Shown here: in pieces, positions 1 to 6,965 of the stretch
Layout: each line of letters starts with the position of its first letter
How positions within the stretch are numbered: the first letter of the stretch is position 1
Source of the DNA: Prasinococcaceae sp. CCMP 1430
Lineage: Eukaryota > Plantae > Prasinodermophyta
Direction: 5' to 3'
Assembly (NCBI GenBank): GCA_013416795.1
Contig: RQSC01000006.1
Coordinates: forward strand, 280,885 to 289,858
Length of the DNA stretch: 8,974 nucleotides
Program-made: the position numbers and the translations under genes
Notes under the pieces: model-generated
Databases searched by the model: none
Seen by the model: only the letters and a program-made list of their open reading frames with translations
Told to the model about the DNA's origin: nothing

Positions 1-474
1 GGGTCAGTGGTTGGTGGGGGGGTGGGGGAGGGGGCGCCCAGCGCGCGCGCTCTGGCGGGGGTGAGGGGGTGTTGGCCGCGCCCCGACGATGGATACGTCA
101 AAACGCATTGCGTTGCGAGCGACGGTTTTTAAAGATCGCCCGTGGGTACTGTACATGTGCCTTATATGTGCTTTATCTGAACGATGCGGCGCAGCGAGCG
201 CGGGTGGGGCAGCAGTCTGGGGCGCTGACCGGCGAGGGGCTCGGCGCCTGTCAGCTCGCCCTCTAGGCAGCTAGAGCGCGCCGCGAGGAGGTTCGACTCG
301 GCCACGCCTCAGGCTGCTACTCGGCAATGGTTCAACGTGGTTGTATGTAGCCCTCAGTGGCTGCTGTAGTGAGGCTAAGGAGACGTGCTCCTTGCTCGGT
401 CGGAGCCGCGCTCCCCCCTTGCTGGGCGCGCATGCCTTGGCCTCTTGCAAGAGGCCGGCCCTGAGTCCGCTCTA

Positions 475-1420
475 TCAGGCCGTCAAGGAGCCGATGCATA
501 CGTTCAAGAGCATGGCCGCCGTGCACGAGAAGCCCGTGAAGAACGCCACCCCGCGCGCCTCCGAGGGCCCCTCGTGATAGTAGATCTGGTGCGCGCGTCG
601 GGGCGCGCCCCGTGCTCGCGCAGTCAGCGCATGCACGAGCAAAGTGAGTGCTCGATGGCAGGCGGCGCGCGCGCGGACTTACGATCGTGTGGGCGACGCG
701 CCCGAGCGCGTAGGCTATGCATAGGAACGCATGTGCGGACGGCCGCGAAGCGAGCCCGAGGGCACCTAGCCACATCAGCGGAATCGCGAACGCGTTGTTC
801 TCCGAGTCGTTCTGCCACAGGCGAGCCAGGCGAGCCTCCTTCTCGATCGCCTCAAGTTTCTGCGGGTCCTTCTCATCGCGCGAATAGTCTGGCACGAGCG
901 CCTGCTCCCCGGACACCGGGATGACAGCGCTGCCGGCGGTCGCAACGCTCTGGTCCTCAGGCGGGCGCATGCCGGCCGAGAAGCGCTGCTGGGCTGTTGC
1001 CCCCAGCAGCCGGTCGCGACGGGGCGCGAGTTGCGGCGTCAGCGTCCGAGCGTCAGCATCACACGCCATTGCGCAGTTTTGCCGCCAGAGCGCCTTCAGC
1101 GCCAGTCGAGGGGGCCTCAGGGGGCGACATTCTGGCAAGGCACACATGACGTACGCACCTTGCTTCAGCACTATAAATGACGTTTTGAGCCAGACCACAG
1201 CGGTGGCGGCGGCGGCACACTTGAGCGCGAGCGGGTCCGCCGCGAGAGGGGCAGCGACGTGCTGCCACGCGCTCGCGACGACCACCAAGCGCCTGTGGTC
1301 GCTTGAGCGTGCCCACCCTCGCACCCCCCTGGCCGGCGGCGCCGCCAACGCCCGCGCGGGCGCCGCCGCGGCGGCAGGCGCTGCCCTCTTCGGCATGGCC
1401 ACGGCCACTGCGACGGCCAT
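475..1420 (-). CDS. MAPEG family membrane protein, microsomal glutathione S-transferase 1 / prostaglandin E synthase-like; 3 exons (1420-1159, 993-683, 585-475), ~227 aa
   Basis: The spliced product reads ...WLKTSFIVLKQ|AQQRFSAGMRPPED...EARLARLWQNDSENNAFAIPLMWLGAL...LGRVAHTI|IYYHEGPSEARGVAFFTGFSCTAAMLLNVCIGSLTA*. It has MAPEG hallmarks: K-x11-R..PED in TM1, R-x2-R-x3-ND-x-EN in TM2, GR-x2-HT-x2-Y in TM3, and R..FF.G...T..M in TM4 as in MGST1. Both introns are GT-AG and keep the frame. TGA at 477-475. The start codon is uncertain (ATG 1420 or the next in-frame ATG of MPKR). Confidence 0.88.
586..682 (-). other. Intron 2 of the MAPEG gene (97 nt, phase 0)
   Basis: Donor ATC|GTAAGT at 682 and acceptor ACCAG|ATC at 586. 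Splicing joins GRVAHTI to IYYH, restoring the conserved H-T-x-x-Y motif and TM4. Confidence 0.88.
994..1158 (-). other. Intron 1 of the MAPEG gene (165 nt, phase 1)
   Basis: Donor CAAG|GTGCGT at 1158. Acceptor AACAG|CC at 994 is the first AG after two GCTGAC branch-like motifs. Splicing gives the same K-to-R spacing in TM1 as mPGES-1. The intron has no in-frame stop, so the ORF finder reads through it. Confidence 0.72.
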
Positions 1421-1556
1421 CTCGTCGCCCGCGGAGCCCCTCGCCGCGGCGCTGCGGCGGCAGGCAGCTCTGACGCCGCGGCGTTGCTCTCCCTCTTCTG
1501 CGCCGCTGGCTGGGCAACGGGCCCGTGCACACGCACATGCGCGGACTCTGCTCACA

Positions 1557-1610
1557 TTGAATGAATGACTCAGAAATATTTAAAATACACGTCAAAATGC
1601 ACCCATACAT
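1557..1610. promoter_or_regulatory. AT-rich island upstream of the MAPEG gene containing TGACTCA (1566-1572) and ACGTCA/TGACGT (1589-1594)
   Basis: A sharp drop in GC (gaaatatttaaaata) about 140-190 nt upstream of ATG 1420. The two motifs match bZIP consensus sites (AP-1 and CRE/as-1 half site). Function is untested. Confidence 0.35.
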
Positions 1611-1875
1611 CGCGCCGCCGCGCACGTCTCCGGCGCAGGGTGCTGGCATGAGCGCGGCCGACGGCTACGCCAGAGCGTTAGAGCAAGCCTCCGGTGGTCG
1701 GCAATCGCAGAGCTCGAGCTGTAACTGCGTATGCTTACGATGGCTGGGCTGTGCTTTTGCTTGGCGCTCCCTGTGCTTGGTGTGGTGCGACGGTGACGAA
1801 GGGCGTCGGCGACGACTGATGGGCCGCGGCAGTGGTCCGCGGTCGTGTCGAGTTCTAGCTACTAGCGAGCCCGCT

Positions 1876-4284
1876 TCACGTCGGTGGCAGGGCGGTCCAT
1901 GGAGCTGCGCGAGCGCGCCCTCGGAGCAACATCACGGCCGCGATGACGCCGAGCAGCACGACCGCGAGAGCCGCCACGCATGCGATCGCGGCGTTGACGC
2001 CATCTTCCACACCCGCCCGCAGGCGCGATACAATCGAGCCAGATGCTGCCAGCGCCTTGCTACTGTGCTTGCCGAATCGCGCGCTGTCGCGCGCCGGCGC
2101 GGACTCGCTCGGCGGCCTTGCCTTTGTGGCTTCGCAAAGGAGGCGCTCGGCCTCCGCCGCCTTGAGCGTCGCGGCCATCGCCTTGCGCTCCAACAGCACG
2201 AGCTGTTCGGCAGCAGTTTCTCCCCGCAGGGTGAGCTCAGAGATCGTTGCCTCGGCTGCATCTGCCCTGCGTGCCTGCGCCGCTGCGTCGAGTGCAGATG
2301 CAAGCGCCTGCGCGTTCGCGTGTCGCTCGGCTGCCTCGGCGGCACCCGCGCTCTGTGCAAGCGCGTTGGCGACTGCAGCACTCGCGACTGCGCGCGCTGC
2401 GAGCCGCGTGGTTGCGGCGTCGTTTGTGCCTTCTGCAGACCGACTCGCAGAATGCGTCTCACTCGCTGATGTCGTGCTTGCGTCTCTCACCTCTCTGTCG
2501 GCAGCAGCAAGGAGGGCGCGAGCAACCGCTGCGCGTGCGATTGCGCGCGCAGCAGTCCGGGCGCTGTCATCTTCGTCGCCCTCGTCGCCCTCGCCATTCG
2601 CGCGGGTGGCAATGTCTCCGACAGTGGCGACAATGACGGGAGGTGCGCAGGGCGGCTGTGTGCCCGGTGTTCCGCTAGGACTGTCCACAGGAGCCTTTGC
2701 TGCTGCTTGCTCGAGCGCGACGGGTGCTCGCGCGCTAGCAGGGCTGTACTCTCCAAGCTCTTGCAGCGCCCCGAGGGCCTGTCGCACCGCCGTGTCGATC
2801 ACGAAGAGCGTGCAGCAATCTTGATCGACGGGCGACGCAGCTCTGATGGTGGCGCAACGCTGCTGCTGCGCGTGGCTCCCGGCCAATGAATGTGGCGACT
2901 GTCGCGTATCTGCCATGCGCGCCTCTCCCGGTCGTGGCCCTGGCTCCCTCGCATCCGCGCATTCGACGCCATCGCCAGCCTCGTCCCCTGACGAGTCATC
3001 ATCGGTGCTCGTGGGCGTGGCAGCAACGACTGCTGCGGTCGCAGCGACGTCGCTTGGTCTGGGCGTTGCGACAGCGGTCATGTCGCTCGACAGCGCGCGC
3101 GGCCGCAGCGGCGCGCGCCCCGCGCCCCGAATAGCAGTCTGACTGTCGTCGTTGCCTTGATCGCACATCGTCGGCGCGCCAACCTCTGGCCGCGCTGCAC
3201 GGCAGGTCGCAGGCGTCGCATTGCCATTCGCGCTCTTGATGTCTGCTTCGCCGTTGGGCGCATCGCCCTGATAGGATGCGTTCTCGTTGCTAGTGCGCTG
3301 TTGCGGACTCGCCGCAGGGCTGCTCTGCGCGCTCCCGCTGCGGCTGCGGCTGCGGCTGCGGCTCCGCGCTCGCTCTGCGCGCTGCACGGCGCGGCGCAAG
3401 GCCATCGTTGCGTCGTCCGCGCGGCGCAGGCGCGCGCGAAGCTCCTCCTCGGCGCGAACGATCGGCTGTTCATCGGCTGTACACGCGCTCGCCGGTGGAG
3501 AGGACTGCACGCCTGCAGAGACCGCCGCCATCCGCGCGACGAGCGCGTGTGCGTCTGCCGCACGCGCGAGGCTCGCGAGCGGCGCTTGCGCTGCCTGGTC
3601 GGCGCCATCTTTGGCCGGAGACGGCGCCTGGGGCGACGAGAGGATGTCGGGCGTGCCCACTAGAGATGCGGTGGTCGGCGCCACCACCGAGGCGATGTAC
3701 CCGGGCGTTGAGTCGGGCGATGAGGGCGCATAGCCACAGACTTGCCCGCGCTGGCCACCGCGGTTCAGGATCCGACGACGGGCAAGCGGCGGGGACGACG
3801 GTGATGGGCGTGTCCCACGCAGACCGGGGCTGTTACCACCGTGGCTCGCTCGCCCGCCGAGCAGGGGCTCGCGCTCGTCCTCGTCGCATCCCGCGTCTCC
3901 ATCGATGCCGCGAGTACCTCGCGAGCGCTCGAACGCCCCGAAGAGCGCGCGCACGTCGTCCTCCTCCATCGCGCCTCCGGCGCTCCCTCCTCCCGCGCTG
4001 CCTGCGAGCGCCGTGGACGAAAAGTAGCTCTCGACGCTCGCGTAGCTCCCCGCGAGGCACAGCACGAGGTCCGCGAGCTGCGGCGGCGCCAGCGCGGCCA
4101 GCGCGCCGCTCCTGAAGACGCTCGTCGTCGGCCGAGGCATCGCGTCTAAGGCCTCAGGCTCGGGCTCGCGCGGCGCGGCGGCGGGGTCGACGACCGCCGC
4201 GTCCCCGCGGGACTCCGCGTTGGCATGACCAGCCGCGCGCGCCCCGGTCTCGTCCCGTTCGCCGGGCCGGCCGGCGGACGCCAT
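1876..4284 (-). CDS. Uncharacterised ~802 aa disordered/coiled-coil tail-anchored membrane protein; candidate KASH-like
   Basis: Open frame from CCG-ATG-G (4284, MASAGRPG) to TGA (1878-1876). The body is Ala/Ser/Pro/Asp-rich. Heptad-like segments lie at ~3370-3470 and ~2125-2290, an (RS)5 at 3337-3366, and a hydrophobic helix AAIACVAALAVVLLGVIAAVMLL at 1924-1992, followed by RGRARAAPWTALPPT*. No signal peptide is seen. In-frame introns cannot be excluded. Confidence 0.68.
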   Translation of the reverse strand: MASAGRPGERDETGARAAGHANAESRGDAAVVDPAAAPREPEPEALDAMPRPTTSVFRSGALAALAPPQLADLVLCLAGSYASVESYFSSTALAGSAGGGSAGGAMEEDDVRALFGAFERSRGTRGIDGDAGCDEDEREPLLGGRASHGGNSPGLRGTRPSPSSPPLARRRILNRGGQRGQVCGYAPSSPDSTPGYIASVVAPTTASLVGTPDILSSPQAPSPAKDGADQAAQAPLASLARAADAHALVARMAAVSAGVQSSPPASACTADEQPIVRAEEELRARLRRADDATMALRRAVQRAERARSRSRSRSRSGSAQSSPAASPQQRTSNENASYQGDAPNGEADIKSANGNATPATCRAARPEVGAPTMCDQGNDDSQTAIRGAGRAPLRPRALSSDMTAVATPRPSDVAATAAVVAATPTSTDDDSSGDEAGDGVECADAREPGPRPGEARMADTRQSPHSLAGSHAQQQRCATIRAASPVDQDCCTLFVIDTAVRQALGALQELGEYSPASARAPVALEQAAAKAPVDSPSGTPGTQPPCAPPVIVATVGDIATRANGEGDEGDEDDSARTAARAIARAAVARALLAAADREVRDASTTSASETHSASRSAEGTNDAATTRLAARAVASAAVANALAQSAGAAEAAERHANAQALASALDAAAQARRADAAEATISELTLRGETAAEQLVLLERKAMAATLKAAEAERLLCEATKARPPSESAPARDSARFGKHSSKALAASGSIVSRLRAGVEDGVNAAIACVAALAVVLLGVIAAVMLLRGRARAAPWTALPPT

Positions 4285-4439
4285 CGGCGCCGCGGCCGCG
4301 GAGACTGGACGCCGGCGGTGGCAGGGCCCGCACCTGGCTGGCGCACGCGCACGCTGCGCGCGGAGGAGTGGAGGACGCGCCCGTCGCCCCCTACTGTGGC
4401 GAGGCGCCCGCGCGCCACCGATTGCTCTCTCACACCCAC

Positions 4440-4500
4440 ACCAAAAAAAAAGGCGCGCAAAAAAATCGCGCGCACGAATTCGAAATGTGCTGCGCGCGCA
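4440..4500. promoter_or_regulatory. A-tract cluster upstream of gene B, candidate nucleosome-depleted promoter
   Basis: A9 (4443-4451) and A7 (4459-4465) separated by GGCGCGC, about 160-180 nt upstream of ATG 4284 in otherwise very GC-rich DNA. Confidence 0.3.
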
Positions 4501-4520
4501 GACACACGGTCGACGCCCTA

Positions 4521-4546
4521 ACACACACACACACACACACACACAC

Positions 4547-4583
<37 letters not shown>

Positions 4584-4718
4584 AACACACACACACACAC
4601 ACAGTCACACGCACACACACACACATACACACACAGTCACACGCACACACACACACATACACACACACAGTCACACGCACACACACACACACACAGTCAC
4701 ACACACACACACACACAG

Positions 4719-4779
<61 letters not shown>

Positions 4780-4801
4780 CACAAGCACACGCACACACAC
4801 A

Positions 4802-4837
<36 letters not shown>
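4521..4837. repeat. Compound (CA)n/(TG)n microsatellite, ~317 bp, with recurring interruptions
   Basis: Directly visible CA run interrupted by GCAAA x2, CAGTC x5, CATAC x2 and CAAGC x2. Confidence 0.98.
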
Positions 4838-4839
<2 letters not shown>

Positions 4840-5108
4840 CACGGATGGGATGGGCGGAGTTTGGGGTTGAGCGTCTTTTACTGTACAGTAAGGTGTGGTG
4901 GAGGGTTTCCTGAGCGTGGACGACTTCGAATACGACGGGACCCATCCGGACGGCACTCGCGACGAGGAGCGCGACGCGGCCGGCTTGTGCGAGGACGAGG
5001 GCAGCGATGTTGTGTACGCTGGATTCAATGGCGTCGGCGGGGGGTCGCTGCTCAGTCCTGAGGAGGGTTTCTTTAGCAGCATTCTCGCCGCGCCGCGCAC
5101 TGTGCGTG

Positions 5109-5308
5109 CGCGTCGCGTCGCGTCGCCGCTATGCGTGCGCGTCCCGCCACTCCCGTGAGGGGTCTGAGGCGCCGGGCGCCGCGTCGTTCGTTCGGTGCAG
5201 TGTTCGATGTCCGTCGCATCGTGTGCACGCGTCGCGTCGCGTCGCCGCCGCGCGTGCGCGTCCCGCCACTCCCGTGAGGGGTCTACTACTGAGTCTCTGG
5301 GCGCCGCG
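5109..5308. repeat. Imperfect direct duplication with a 119 bp offset (5109-5183 and 5228-5308)
   Basis: 5109-5165 and 5228-5284 match at 54 of 57 nt (cgcgtcgcgtcgcgtcgccgc-tat/cgc-gcgtgcgcgtcccgccactcccgtgaggggtct). Similarity continues after a 6 nt ACTACT insertion in the second copy. Confidence 0.9.
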
Positions 5309-5352
5309 CACGCCGTGCATGTGTTGCTGCGTGCGCCGCCGCGCGGGACCGT

Positions 5353-6687
5353 CTACGCCGCGGGGTCGAAGCCGCGGCACTGGGACTTGTGCTGCGGCCA
5401 GTGCGCCGCCTGGCACTCCCTGGAGCAGTAGAAGGCCTCGCCGCAGAAGCCGCAGCACCTGAGCCTGTCGACGGCGGCGGCCGACGGCGTCGCGTCGCAC
5501 GCGTCGCACTGGCGGGTCAGGCGCAGCACGTCGAGCGTGCGCCGGGCGGCGCAGCTCCCGGTCTCCTCCCTCAACGTCCGCTTGATCGCCTCGGAAGCGG
5601 CGGCGCTCACGGCGCCGGCGGCGGCCTCGCCCTGCATCTTGGCGAGCCTCGCCTGGAAGAGCGCCGTGTTTGCCGCGTCGTCGTCCTGTGCGGCCGCCTC
5701 GGCGGCCTGGCGCATCCAGTCGAGGCGCTCGGCATCGCTCAGCACGCCCTCCATCTGCGACAAGTAGTACATGGCGACGTAGTCCCCATGCTCGAAGACC
5801 GCTCGGCGGGCCCACGCCTCTGCCGCGCGGCCATCCCTGGCGACGCCCTCGCCGTTGAACAACCGCGCGGCGAGGACGCGCTGCGCCGCCGCGTCGCCCT
5901 GCTCTGCGGCCCGCGAATACCACGTTGCCGCCTCCTCGGCGCTCCGGTGGACTCCCCTGCCCTCGTCGTGGCACTGCCCGAGGATCCGCTGCGCCACCGA
6001 GTGTCCTTGCTCGGCCGCCAGGCGGTACCACCTCGCGGCCGCCTCGTGGTTTCGATCCACGCCCTGGCCCATCGAGCAGAAGAGCCCCAGCGCGTGCTGC
6101 GCGCGCGCGAGGCCCCGCTCGGCCGCGCGCCGGCACCACTCGGCGGCACCGCGATCGTCGCCCTGCTGCGACAGCTCTGCGGCGAAGTGGCACTGCGCCT
6201 CTGCATGCCCGGCCTCGGCCGCGCGTCGCATCCACGCGACGCGGGCGGCCTCGTGGCCGAGCTCTCGAAACGCCTTCGATCGCCGCCACATCGTCTCGGC
6301 GTCGGGGTTCCCTTGCGCCGCGGCCAGCGCGGCGCGCTGGCGAGCGGCGCGGGCACTGGGCGATTGGAGCGGCGTCCACGCGAGCACTTCGACGCGCGAG
6401 GCGCCGCTGGTGCTGGTGGAGGCGTCGCCGCCGCTGCTGCGGCGCTCGTCGCCCCGCTCAATCGCTTCGCCGCAGCAGCGCCGCTCCTCCCGCTGCGGCC
6501 CTGGCATGGCGTCCGGCAGCGCGGCCCCCGCGTAGCACGTCGGGCGCAATCGCGCCTCGGGCTGCGCCCGCTGCCTCGCTCCGCTCAGTCGCTTCCCAGC
6601 CTGTCCGGACACGGCTCCGAGCGCGCCCGGGCGCATGGGCTCCGCGCGCGGACCCGCAGCTGCTGCCGCCGCTATCGTCCCCGGCAT
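5353..6687 (-). CDS. Sel1-like (SLR) repeat protein with C-terminal MYND-type zinc finger
   Basis: About 5-6 Sel1 repeats at ~6309-5695, e.g. AQHALGLFCSMGQGVDRNHEAAARWYRLAAEQG and AQRILGQCHDEGRGVHRSAEEAATWYSRAAEQG. MYND motif CDAC...CGFC...YCSRECQAAHWPQHKSQC at 5508-5377. TAG at 5355-5353. Start uncertain: ATG at 6873, 6687, 6636 or 6507 (GCC-ATG). Confidence 0.9.
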   Translation of the reverse strand: MPGTIAAAAAAGPRAEPMRPGALGAVSGQAGKRLSGARQRAQPEARLRPTCYAGAALPDAMPGPQREERRCCGEAIERGDERRSSGGDASTSTSGASRVEVLAWTPLQSPSARAARQRAALAAAQGNPDAETMWRRSKAFRELGHEAARVAWMRRAAEAGHAEAQCHFAAELSQQGDDRGAAEWCRRAAERGLARAQHALGLFCSMGQGVDRNHEAAARWYRLAAEQGHSVAQRILGQCHDEGRGVHRSAEEAATWYSRAAEQGDAAAQRVLAARLFNGEGVARDGRAAEAWARRAVFEHGDYVAMYYLSQMEGVLSDAERLDWMRQAAEAAAQDDDAANTALFQARLAKMQGEAAAGAVSAAASEAIKRTLREETGSCAARRTLDVLRLTRQCDACDATPSAAAVDRLRCCGFCGEAFYCSRECQAAHWPQHKSQCRGFDPAA

Positions 6688-6965
6688 TGCCACCCACGTA
6701 GGCCTCGGCGTTGCGGATGTGCCAGCCCACCCATGCGCCGCGATCGACGTAGCAGGGCGAGCGCACGCCCGAGGGGGGGCACTCTTCGCGCGACGACTCG
6801 TCGGCGANAAGTACACGCGATCGGCGTTGCGTATGCTTTGATATGTGCACCCCACGGTGCTGTACAAATACATTCAATTTGATGGGCTCCGCGCCCGTTT
6901 TCGTAACGGCTTGTGGGGGAACGGAGCGGCGCGCCCTCGGCCTCGGGCGGCGGGTGTCTGGCGGC

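Noticed and set aside
332-682. C-terminal part of the 407 aa ORF 332-1555
   Set aside because: It runs through intron 2 out of frame. The true last exon is in another frame and stops at 475.
3925-4110. Possible EF-hand or small helical domain in gene B (LADLVLCLAG...EEDDVRALFGAFE)
   Set aside because: The amphipathic helices are plausible, but no canonical 12-residue Ca-binding loop follows, so no domain can be named.
4368-4945. His-Thr and Val-Cys repeat ORFs (4368-4913, 4487-4870, 4430-4630, 4697-4945)
   Set aside because: These are translations of the CA/TG microsatellite, not metal-binding proteins.
4285-5100. N-terminal 272 aa of the 1074 aa ORF, including the long VCVC run
   Set aside because: (TG)n cannot contain a stop codon, and the upstream part is the antisense of a GC-rich stretch. 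A good ATG context at 4284 and promoter-like A-tracts at 4443-4465 argue that the gene starts downstream.
4521-5308. CRISPR-like or telomeric array
   Set aside because: There are no constant repeats with unique spacers, no cas genes and no TTAGGG-type units. The context is eukaryotic and intron-containing.
6808-6808. Ambiguous base n upstream of gene C
   Set aside because: This is a sequencing ambiguity outside the confident coding region and carries no biological signal.
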